Part shown: positions 50,086-60,716 of the stretch, piece after piece | Layout: each line of letters opens with the position of its first letter | Position numbering within the stretch: position 1 is the first letter of the stretch | NCBI GenBank assembly: GCA_051362555.1 | Contig: CM120643.1 | Span: forward strand, 18,418,848 to 18,482,847 | Reading direction: 5' to 3' | From: Lingula anatina | Lineage: Eukaryota; Animalia; Brachiopoda | Length of the DNA stretch: 64,000 bases | Translations under genes and position numbers: made by a program | The notes under the pieces: model-generated | Told to the model about the DNA's origin: nothing | Databases searched by the model: none | What the model saw: only the letters and a program-made list of their open reading frames with translations

Positions 50086-52210
50086 ACATTTGCGATAGGT
50101 CGTGAAATGTTATATTTCCAAAGCCATTTCCAAGTAGAAAGACTTGCACATTTGGTTTCTATTAAGATCCACTTAGGTTCAGATGGCCCAACAATATGAA
50201 AGTAAATAGGGAGTATTCAGTTTAGTAATGCCTCAATACTAGTATTGAATAGGGTGTATATTTTTTTGGGTAGCTATATCTTGAGAAGAATAAGAATGAA
50301 TATATTGATGTGCAATACCTTTTTGCATGTGAAGTTATTAAAGTATGGATCATTCTAACAATAGACGAAGCAGTAGCCAGCTGCTAAGGACTCAGGCTTG
50401 AAAATTTGTCTGGCATTTAAGACCAAAATTTAGGTCTGCTTTGGTTAAATATAAACTGTATAGTCTACTTAAATGGTATTAGTACTGGTTTGCAAGATAG
50501 ATCATAATTTTCTTTATATGGAAGAGACACAGCAGCATGTTTAATTGCACTTTTGCTGATTTATGTTCTTTCAAAGCAGAGCTATGTCTTGGTCTAAAAT
50601 TGAGACCAATTTTGAAGCTTAAGTTGGTTTTTTACAGAAGCACTGGAGATTTAACTATTTTGACCATTATATCGACAGACTTTGTAAGAACATAGTGATG
50701 AAAAGATATGCAAATCCAGCATGCACAATGGAGATGTATGTTTGAAACTGTTTCATTTTTCATAGTTGCTCCAGTGTTATTTGGTTTCCTTATTTATTTT
50801 AGAGTAGAAAGAACTCCAGATAAAAAAGCTAGCTACAAAGGGGTTCAGGATATTGATATTAGATGGCCATTGTCAAGATATGCTATGTGCATTTTTTTTT
50901 TTTTTACTTAAAACATTGTTTTGATGGTCTTTTACAACAATTATTATTTACTAAAATAGATGCAAAGTTATTTTATGAAAATTATTACTTTTTTCTTAAT
51001 CAGAGATCATGCTAATGTAATTTGAACAAGGCAAACCATTATAAAAGTTATCAAAAGCAGAAAAAATGAATAGTGACCAAAACCTTTTACTGTTGCCTAT
51101 TGAAACAAGGGTTGATTTCACCTGCTAGTTTTAATACAGATTTATTGTTATTATTTTATCAATTCTAATTTATTATTTACTTTTAGTTAAGTGGTTTGAA
51201 ATAGGTTAAAAAGGATGGTTTAACCAAAACATTTCAGAAGTGGGTTATAACTGGGCTGAGATCCACTTTAACCCATGTGTCTACACTTGGTCAAACCTAC
51301 CTACAGTAAAGAAAAAAAGGATGGTTTTATGAAACTTTTCCAGAAGTGGTTTGTGTCCCACTGCAGTGGTTTAAACCACCTTTCTAACGTGAAGGGGCCG
51401 GTTTCATCTCTTAGTTTCAATTTGAACCTTTTGAGTTTAAACTGGGTTAAAGCGGTCCCATGCGTTTGTAAGAGGGCTATTTTCTCTTTGAAACTTCATC
51501 AAGAGTTTTATTTCATTATATTGGGTTAAATCCCAATATAAGCCCAGCATTACAGATCATAATTTTAAAACCAGATTTGAAACAGAGATATGAAATCGGC
51601 ACATAGGGAGCTTATATTTTCTATCCAATTTTGTCTTTAAAACCGAGTTCTTAAGGTGTCCCAACCTGTGCCAGTGCTAACCATAATCTCATTTATTTAA
51701 AATTCAATCATGAACTGATTTGTCCATCTTGTAATCAAGGAACTTACTGCTGTCATTAACTATCATTTTGTACTCGTGGGAAAAGCTGCATTACGTTAAA
51801 GAAAAATCGTAGGGACTAAGAAGTAATGTAATCCGAGGTTAAGTGGCCAGTGGTAATTGTGATTCGAGTTCACTTTAATTTTAGGACTTAATGGCGAGTA
51901 TCTGCCCGATGAAGTGTCGATCTGCCCACCCGTGGCGTGGCAAAAATTACTCTTTGCTACCATGTATGTGTTTATTGTTATTCTGTATTTTCTTTGACTT
52001 GTAAAAATGTACCAGTCTTTTTATTTGAAAAGAAGTATTTTAAGAAAGTAGTCTTTTTAATAACACATTTTATGTAGTTCTCAAGTGAGGAAAAAGCTTG
52101 AGTAGTGCAGTTCTACGTTCATTTGAGATTCGGAATCGAGCCTGTACATATTTTTGGTTTCAGAAAATAATATTGTATTTTCTTCCACGAGACGTGGATA
52201 AGAATATTAC

Positions 52211-52216
52211 AATAAA
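52211..52216 (+). terminator. Candidate polyadenylation signal of RBL (3'UTR ~3 kb)
   Basis: AATAAA preceded by TGTACATA and T-rich UTR-like sequence, just before the convergent minus-strand gene. Confidence 0.45.
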
Positions 52217-52483
52217 TTGCAAATAAGGAAAAGTTAATGTGCTATTTGGGATATTTATTTACAGGGGAGCACCTTCAGAGTGCCGACCGCTAGATTCTTA
52301 AATATTATTTTTTAAATGTTGAAAACTGGGATTCGGTGAACACAGTAATGACATCTTTCCCTCCTGAATATTTGTCTATCCTTCCAAGTTTCATCAGAAT
52401 TTGCGAAGAATTTATTGAGATATCTATGGGAATCTTGTCCTTGTCCTTTAAACAAACGGACCAGCCAACGATTAATACTGATT

Positions 52484-53410
52484 TTAACAACTTGGTCCAA
52501 TGGTAAAAAGAATTCTATTGATGACGTAAAGAGTAAAACCGTTCATGGGATTGGTAAAAATAGATGCAGCTGCTCGTGACCGCCCAGTAACAGGTCTATG
52601 AAGACGTATATCTCTGTTACGGATATCTCCATGGTTTCCCTTCCTCGGATGTAAAAAGCGAGATCGCATTTGAAGGTGAGCTCCACGTCGCGAGATTCGA
52701 ACTCGGGTGCTGGCTGTGCTCTTAATGCCACCACCGGATTCCATATCGCCTTTGGAGCTTGTCAGTCCCGCCGTGTTGGTTGATTCTGTGTGTAGAGTTG
52801 CGTTGTTTATTGCTGAAGTCCACGCTACCATGTTGGACACCGTTGATGGCGCCTGGTGTGATGTTGCCTTGCTGGGTGTTGTGGTCTCGCTAAGTTGACG
52901 CTTGAAACGACGAGCAACTTCATTAAAGCTCGACCTCGGCTGATACCTCATGGCAAGGGAACAATTTAAAATTCTCGATGACGGAAATCGCTCAGAGTTT
53001 TCTTTTCTGGGAGGCACGTGTCCGGGCTTCTGTGGTAAGGTATTTGTCAACAGTTCCGATCCTTGACGTGCAATTTTGCCGTACAATTCGGAAGTGTTTG
53101 GGTCACTTATCAAAAAGGTTTTATCCTTTTTGTTGTGTGGGAGGCCGTTTGATGTCACTGAAAGCCCCCATTTGTGTACTAACCTTTGATTAGGTAGGAC
53201 TCCCGTGAACTTATCGCAAGCCAAGTAATCTGGAACGCTTTGGCCCTCTGCGCTTCCAATTCTCGGGTTTCTGCGGATGCTAAGATCCAAACTCCTCTCG
53301 AATGTTTTTGGACCTCCGGAAACATGATGTTTGGAAAACAGCTCTTCACTTAAAGCGCAAATAAAGAGACGAAAGAAAAGACAAATCAGATAAACCCTCT
53401 TCCTATCCAT
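52484..53410 (-). CDS. Uncharacterised predicted secreted protein, ~308 aa, single coding exon
   Basis: 927-nt ORF in otherwise stop-rich AT-rich DNA. The N-terminus MDRKRVYLICLFFRLFICALS is signal-peptide-like, there is a furin-type RRFKR, a Ser/Thr-rich segment and an Arg-rich tail. A minus-strand AATAAA lies at 52254-52259. No recognisable domain. Confidence 0.6.
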   Translation of the reverse strand: MDRKRVYLICLFFRLFICALSEELFSKHHVSGGPKTFERSLDLSIRRNPRIGSAEGQSVPDYLACDKFTGVLPNQRLVHKWGLSVTSNGLPHNKKDKTFLISDPNTSELYGKIARQGSELLTNTLPQKPGHVPPRKENSERFPSSRILNCSLAMRYQPRSSFNEVARRFKRQLSETTTPSKATSHQAPSTVSNMVAWTSAINNATLHTESTNTAGLTSSKGDMESGGGIKSTASTRVRISRRGAHLQMRSRFLHPRKGNHGDIRNRDIRLHRPVTGRSRAAASIFTNPMNGFTLYVINRILFTIGPSC

Positions 53411-53482
53411 TGTCACCTACACATTCCTGCCAGCGTCCTTTTTATACCAAGATCAAATGTATGCTTAGAACGAAAACAACAT

Positions 53483-53509
53483 TTCCGCCATCGCGTTGCA
53501 TGGCAACGC
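53483..53509. promoter_or_regulatory. RFX X-box-like palindrome and YY1-like core upstream of the orphan gene
   Basis: GCGTTGCATGGCAACGC (53493-53509; core GTTGCATGGCAAC) and CCGCCAT (53485-53491), about 80-100 bp upstream of the minus-strand ATG at 53410. Confidence 0.4.
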
Positions 53510-54575
53510 AAGGGATTTTGAAACCAATTAAGCTTCTACAGATACTAATAAACAAGATGTCATCACGAGTCAGGGGAGTTTATTCCTATATAAATATGCA
53601 TGGTTTTTTGTATCAAATACTAATGTGCCTTCATCACATGTTAAGCAACGTGTTTTTTTTTCTCTCTCTAAAAGGAATGACGAATAAGATTTGTGAAAAT
53701 AGTTTCATTGGATCTCGGTTTTCGATAGTTGAAAAGTCAGACAATGTTTAGATTTCATTTTTAACGTGATAAAAATGCATAAATATATTAGTTGACAGAA
53801 ACAATATTATTACTGTGTAAGAAACTTGGAGGCGTAAAGTAAGAGACGAACAGGAAAGTTTGGTACCTAATATAACCTCGGTTGGCAAATTGTTAATAGA
53901 TTACGACGGAGAGTTTAATTATAAATCTTCAGCCTATATACCTGTCACTCTTTATCAAAGGTAAACTGGATGATGAAGTTATGCATTCAGAAGAACAATC
54001 TGAAGTACTGTATGAGGTTTTACAATTAGATTTCACCGTCAAGGTGGTAATGTTGATTTAAGACTGCAGTATGATACATGTACATTGGGATAGGCATGGT
54101 AACTTTGGTACTTTACATTAGAAAAATAAGCGATGTGATAAAGGCTTGGTACATTGTTGGAAGGATGGACGGATATATAGACAGAGAGGCACCAACTGGC
54201 AATTGGTGAGTGTTTAATGTAATCTTTTTCAATCCATGATATCCCTGCGCCACAGATTTTTGCAAGCTCAATATCTACGTATTTTAGTGGACTCTTTATT
54301 CTAGTGCTTAAGAATAAAACGTATACTGATGTTTATTTTCAAACAGTTCAATCGTGTTATTGAACTTAATATATATATACATGTATATATATATTATATA
54401 TAATATAACACTCTCGTCTATGCCCAGTCCCCTCCCCCTTTTTCAAAATAAAAATGTGGCTGTCAATAAGGATATAGTTACCAAATTCTGTATATTAATC
54501 ACATCCAGATGAAGTCGACGATCACGCGGCCATTTGTATCATTGTTCATTAACCTTGCAATTTAGTTAATGAACG

Positions 54576-57507
54576 TCATCGATATGTTTGTAATTGTAGC
54601 GCCAAAACCGTCAATGTCAGTGCGATTATTACATTCGATTGATCTGATTTCGTGATAGAGCAGCCGGCATTGCGTTGCACAAAGTTGGGTCTAAACCGAG
54701 TTTTCTTGTTTGACTGATCATCATTGCCATCTTTGATTACTTTTTCTTGTGTTGTTGTAAGTGTCTCTGTCATTATTTCTGTTGACTGCAAGATAGGAGG
54801 TGTGCTAGCAGCTGATGATTTAACAAATATTGATGGCTTTGGTGTGGTCTTTGTTGCTGTCTGTGGCGATTTTGTAGTCGCTGGATCCGGTGCCTTTTTT
54901 GTTGTGGTTGTCGTTGTCGTTGTGGTATGAAAGCGAGACATAATGCTCGGCCAAAATCCGTCTCCTGTTGTCCTTGAAACTGTTGACGGCCTGGTTATAG
55001 CTTCATTTGTTGTTTGAAAAGATGTTCTAGGCGTTTCTACACTCTCCGTGATTGGTTTAGTTACTGTTGCAATGGGAACCGTAGTTCCTGACGACTGAAG
55101 ACCCGTTGTGGGATCTGTGGTTGAAACGCTTTCTATGTTGTGCCAAGAGAAATCCGAGAGACGCCGGCCGTCCTCGGTGCACTGCTCCTGAACATGCGAG
55201 GAGGGCATACATCCGGCTGTTAGAGACTCATACATGGTGTTCCCGAAACACATGAATACCTGAGCCACCGTGGCATTCATGCACATATGATAAAAGGAAC
55301 AGTTTGAAGGGTGTGCTAAGAACGTAGGTTCTATCACCCCTGTGCAATTGAGAGACTCTGAATCCGGGACTCGAACGTCACCGACGCACTGATCGGAGAC
55401 TTCTTCAACCGGTCCACAGACCATCTGGGTTTGACTGAAGTAGAATCCTTCAGGGCAAACAAAGCTCGCCTTGTACCTTCCCCGGTGGCAAGCGTGGAAG
55501 ACGGTGCAGCTGAAAGCGTCTGCTTGCAAGGCGTCAGCGTCGGTGCAGTTGATAGGAGGCTGTAAGGTTGACGGGAGGAGTGTTGTTGTTGTTGTTGTTG
55601 TTGTTGCTGTTGTTGTTACTGTTGTTGGGGGAGTTGTTGTAGCAGTTCTGGTTGGACCCAACGATGGCCCCTGTGCAGAGGTCGTCTTGATCCGGAGGCC
55701 ATCTTGACACTCGTTTGACGTCACCTCTTCGGGTACACAAGAAGACTGTGGGACGCTGAAGTAAAAGCCAACTTGACATTCATTAACTTCTTCCAGTGCA
55801 CCTTCGTAACATAAGTAAGAGATACTACAGCTGATATCATCTGGATAATATCCATTGGCTTTGCCTGTGCAGTTGAAGAGGTTTTGATTGATAGGTGGTA
55901 ATTTTGTTGTCGTAAAAACTGTAGTTGGGTCACGTAATAAAGTAGTGCCGGAAGTGCTGGATGGCAATGGAGTTCCACTTACGATGGTTGTTACTAAAGA
56001 ATGAGATATTCGTTTGTCACCTTCGCACTGTCCTATTGTAAATTCTGGCGGGACGCACGTTTTTTCGCCGGCATGAAATAATTGACCTCCTTCGCATTTC
56101 ACTGTATCAGTCAACCTTCCCTCTGTACAAAGATGATAAACTTTACAGGTTATCTCATCTGGGAAAAAGTCGTCCTCCTTGTCGGCACAGTTGAAATTGT
56201 TTCTCACACCGTCCACACACTCCGAGAGGGGGACAAGTTCTGCCACAGTGCACCCTCTTTCGCTGTCGTAGGACATTCTCTCGGGGCACACCCCTGTGCT
56301 GTGATACCGGCCTGCGAGGCAAAGATGGTAAAGAGAACAGTTGTAGTGGTCGTAGTGGTAATCGTCTGGTCGCCCCGCGCAGTTAAAAGGCGCAGCCTGG
56401 GGTGATATAGTTGTTGGTGTCGTGATGTCATCTGGTGTGACAGAATACGTAGTTATTGTTGTTGTTGTTGTTTTTGTTGTTGTCGGGACTGGCTCAGTTT
56501 TAGTTTTCTGTGTCGACGGTGTGATTCGTTCCCCTGCGCCGTTACACTCACCGTTCAGCATGTTATACGGAACGCATTGTTCGGAGTCCCCGTGGAAGTA
56601 GAACCCTTCGCTGCAGTTCAGAGTTTCGGCAAACCTTCCTTCGAAGCACATGTGGTATGTTATACAACTCTCTGGGTCCGGGTTAAAAACTTTCACCTTG
56701 CCCGAGCAGTCGAACCCCTTGGGGGTGCCGACCCTGACGTAATCACGTGTGCATTGAGTGATCACACTGCGTTCGTAAGGCTCACAGGTCTGTGTGATAC
56801 TGTTGAAATAAAGATCTTCTTCACAGCGATCGAATGCTACGAGGGCTTGATTTCGGCACGTAAAATGGAAAATGCAGTTCGTCTCGTGCGCGTGTACACC
56901 GTCCGTTTTTTCGGCACAACTGAATGATTTTCTTGAATTATTTTGAAAGCAAACGTCATCTGCGTATTCCCATGGTACACATGTGTGCTGTTCCTCGTTG
57001 AAGTACAAGCCGTCTGGGCAAGTTGTGTTCATGATTAGCGTGTCCTGCGCGCACATGTACACGTATTGGCATGACGCCGGTTCTGGGTACATGCCCTCTG
57101 TACGACCCTCGCACGAGAAGAAGAAAGCACACGAGTCGGGGAGTTGCATCAACAGCAGGATGACAACGCCTGAAATCAAGAGAGATTAATAGTAACTTTA
57201 AGTGAATAATTTTCGATGAAAGCAAGACGCTTTTAGAGCATAATATCTACAACACATATTGGCTGCAATACATTGATATAAAAGATGATCCATTCACTTC
57301 CGGCTTACAATCATTCAAATCAGAGTATTTCTGTTTGAAACAGGTTTTCATAGTCTCTACATGACAACATTTTTTACTTCAAGATTAAAGCACGTAGCGT
57401 TTGACTTTTGTTATTTATTCTCTAAGTCAAGAACAACTGTTTTATTTCTATAAAAGGTATATTTTATCAATTTTCTTACCTGTACGCCAAAAAGCGACAC
57501 TCCTCAT
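54576..57507 (-). CDS. Peritrophin/mucin-like protein with eight chitin-binding type-2 (CBM14/peritrophin-A) domains, signal peptide and probable GPI anchor; ~873 aa
   Basis: Exon 1 is 57507-57480 (ATG..ACA G|GTAAG) and exon 2 is 57169-54576 (TTGATTTCAG|GC), giving the signal peptide MRSVAFWRTGVVILLLMQLPDSCA. Eight 6-Cys repeats have CBM14 spacing (e.g. CEGRTEGMYPEPASCQYVYMC...TCPDGLYFNEEQHTC...DVC) and are arranged 3-2-1-2 between Thr-rich linkers. The C-terminus is hydrophobic (VIIALTLTVLALQL) with no cytoplasmic tail. Minus-strand AATAAA at 54332-54337 and 54295-54300. Confidence 0.92.
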
Positions 57508-60438
57508 TCTCTGCTTTATTCTAGTTGCCATTTGGGAAATATTCACGGCTCGCTTTGCCAACTACCAAAAATGAAACAAGTATTGTAAATCCATTTAGAA
57601 TTCCTTTCAATAGTGCTTTGTGTGTAAGCCACTAGACACTGTACAAAAATGTCAAACTTATGGCCGTACACTGTTAATTAATTCACTTTCTCATATAAAA
57701 CTGTATAAATTCTTGAGCAATTCGTAGCAATTGAATAAGAATAAGAAGCACTCCAGTGTCATAACAGCACCACTCATATATACGCATGATAAGGCCTGTC
57801 ATCCAATTTATTTTCAAAAGAATCACTTGAAGTAAATTTAATGTATGCGTGAACATCCATTAAAATGCCGTTATGTCCAAGTGCAAGGCTTTTCAGTAAC
57901 ACCCCGTTTAAGTCAATTGAAATTTTGCGGAATGATTGCTGTCATAAAAAGCTGCAATTTAACTGTATTGAAAACAAGTATTATCAGCGATAAACGCGGC
58001 TGTCATCGGTACACCACAGAGGATGTCATGGTTTGATGCGATCATTTCTTTTCATGGCACCTTTTATGAGTTAGAACTAGTTTTGCATAAATCACCGTCT
58101 AAATTCCGCGATGATGACGTTAAGATAAGAATTCGCGCCTCACTGTTATTATATGAATTTTAAGAATAATCCCGTTTTTGCGGCGTCTTGGTGACTCTCT
58201 TACAGCCGTTTTAATGTGATGGAATACGCCCCTCCCCGCCTCCTGCCACAGCCTGGCACTGGAATATGGTTATGGCTTTTTTTCATTAAGCGTTTTAATT
58301 GGAACCAACAATGATTCTTACCCCCTTCCCCTTGAAAAGATAAACTCAGCGAATGATAACAATAATCAGAAGAAGAGCAACAAGTGATCATTTGCTCGTT
58401 TTTTTTTTTTTGTAAAACTATGGACACAAAAGATACTCATTAGAAAAACTGCAATACAAAACATTGTAATTGGGTATAGCGATAACGACTCTTCAGTGCA
58501 GAACCTTCAGAGGTTGCATTTGCAATCAATGAGTTCAAATTCCCAATACGAAATTTTAAAGAAACGTAAAACTAATGTGTCTTTGCTGTCTTGATTATGT
58601 CCACCTCATACATCCTGAACTACAGTTCCCAAAGGCTATGGAATTACAACTTGAGTAAACTACGGGAGTATAGCCTTTTACGTGAAGAAGCAGTTTTTGT
58701 TCCGTTTAACGAAAATGGTCATATAACTGCCTATCAAATTAGGTTTCTTGTTAAAAATAGCGGGATTTGCGTATCAATAGATAGGTTATAGGTGAATGAA
58801 AAGGATTTTTGCTTCATTATAAAAAAACCCTGTGGGAAAATTTGCTAGGCTTAATAACGTAATTAACACCAGAATCATTAGTTAGATGCAAGTAATTGAT
58901 ATGATACGTTCTGGGCTTATATAAGATGCGGGCGTCATTGCTTTTAAATTCAACGCCTCCTCTTTGTTCTATGACAGGCCATATATTTTAATCAACATGA
59001 CAAAGAAACTTTACATCGTATTGCCATTTGATATCGTATTAATGGTGTGTTTTTTTTCCACCGTGACATTTCAAGGTACGAGAAAACCATCTCCAGGGAT
59101 CATCTCAAACGTTTGCAGCGATTTACCAAATTTGGTTTCTTAAAAATTCCTGCCTCGATGGCTTGGGTCCAATTTTATTTTGTAGAATATGTCAGTTGTT
59201 CCATAAGATTTACCAAATAATCATATAACAACTAAAATGCTTATTTAGTAGAATGAACAATGACTTCATTATCATTCTTCACGTGGAGAGAGCAGTCTGT
59301 CCAAGTTGTTTGGAAACGTGACTTGTTATTCTGCACATGTAGGAGAATGTTTTAAAAATATGTAATTTTTGTCATCATGCTGGTTAATATACCTGTACAT
59401 CGATTATGTGAGTCATTGACATCCTCCCCTTCTGTCATTCAACCTTCCGTAAAGACGGAAACATGCCACTCGAGCTGTGTTACGGTGAGGACTCTTTACT
59501 TTTGAACAAAATCATTTTGTTTTAATTAAAAAAAAAAAAAAAAAAAAAATGTTACTAATACTCAAAATGTTATTTCAAAATTCTGAAAATTATGGCGAAC
59601 TGAGAACAGAAAGATAATTTCGAGAGTTGCCAAAATGAGAAGTCGTCGAAATTGAAATATTCGAAGGTGTTTGAAATTTGTGAGCAATGGCCGTATGTAT
59701 TTTAGTCATGACTTGCGAATGTGACATCATTAAATCATTGAAATGACACTGTCTAATGCTGCCAGCAGTTAAAATTGAAACATATAATACTTGTGGCCAA
59801 GAATCAAAAGAGCATTATCTACGTTTCGGATCGTTTTTATTAGATATACTTCCCCTGCTCTAAATATACTTCCCCTACTCTTACGCCTTCTAACCTTTAC
59901 AGTGATTGCCAACCACAGATTGGTAATATTTTTTTAGAAAAAGAAAAAGTGTTTAGTACTTGTTGATACCTTACAGACCCCGAAATGCGTTCTTACGACT
60001 AGCACGTCTCTTTTCATCTTACCTCCATTCAGTGTCATAACATCATTTTGGCACCAATGCTGCTCTCTTGCCAGACTCTCCGCTGCACCAGATATGAAGT
60101 ATTGTCTATTTTTTCTTTAAGGTAAAATATTCCAATAACCAAATAGATCAACCGAAGTTATCACCTTTAACATGTCATCCGCTTAACTTCGTGCAATCCT
60201 TTGGCTGTTACAGAGTAATAACATCGTTATGGGAAGCGTATGCTAATTAATGGGCAAAGGAGGGGAAGACTTTTATGGCCTATTTTAACTGCGTCAAAAC
60301 CACCGCTATCTTTCACGCTTCTTTCTCTTACATGTATTTATATAGGGATTTTCGACCTTATTTTATTTATTTGTTTGTTTGTTTGTTTATTGCCAAACAT
60401 ATAACAGTGGATTATTTGAAGTAAAAAAAAAATCAAAA

Positions 60439-60716
60439 CTAGAAAAGCACTCCGAGAGCGCAGACCCCCGCCAAGGCAGCAAAGTCTCCATCCAATGCCG
60501 TTTCACCCTTAAATTTTCGATATTTTTGATTATTGAGTATTGATTGATTATTGATCCGGATCACCACCAAAAACTAATCATCTCTTCCTTGGCCCCACTT
60601 CTGACAGTTCCTGAAAATTTCATCAAAATCGGTCCATAACTTTTTGGGTTATGTTGATGACAAACAAACAAACAGACAAACAGGGGTGAAAACATAACCT
60701 CCTTGGCGGGGGTAAT
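60439..60716 (-). mobile_element. Non-autonomous Helitron/Helentron-type element (HINE/DINE-1-like), ~280 bp
   Basis: Perfect 13-bp subterminal inverted repeats ACCCCCGCCAAGG (60464-60476) and CCTTGGCGGGGGT (60701-60713), and an internal (CAAA/CAGA)n tract at 60661-60681. On the minus strand the 3' end has a short hairpin GCGCTCTCGGAGTGC followed by CTAG and a T-run. No target-site duplication. Confidence 0.75.

Noticed and set aside
49591-50105. Repetitive ORFs and CRISPR-like periodicity
   Set aside because: Head-to-tail minisatellite without unique spacers, in a eukaryotic locus with no cas genes.
51190-51480. GGTTTAAACC-rich segment resembling a decayed DNA transposon
   Set aside because: Could not define terminal repeats or a target-site duplication by eye.
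52305-52500. Two alternative minus frames open for ~60 codons past the orphan ORF stop (possible frameshift extension)
   Set aside because: No slippery site or recognisable domain; needs transcript or orthologue evidence.
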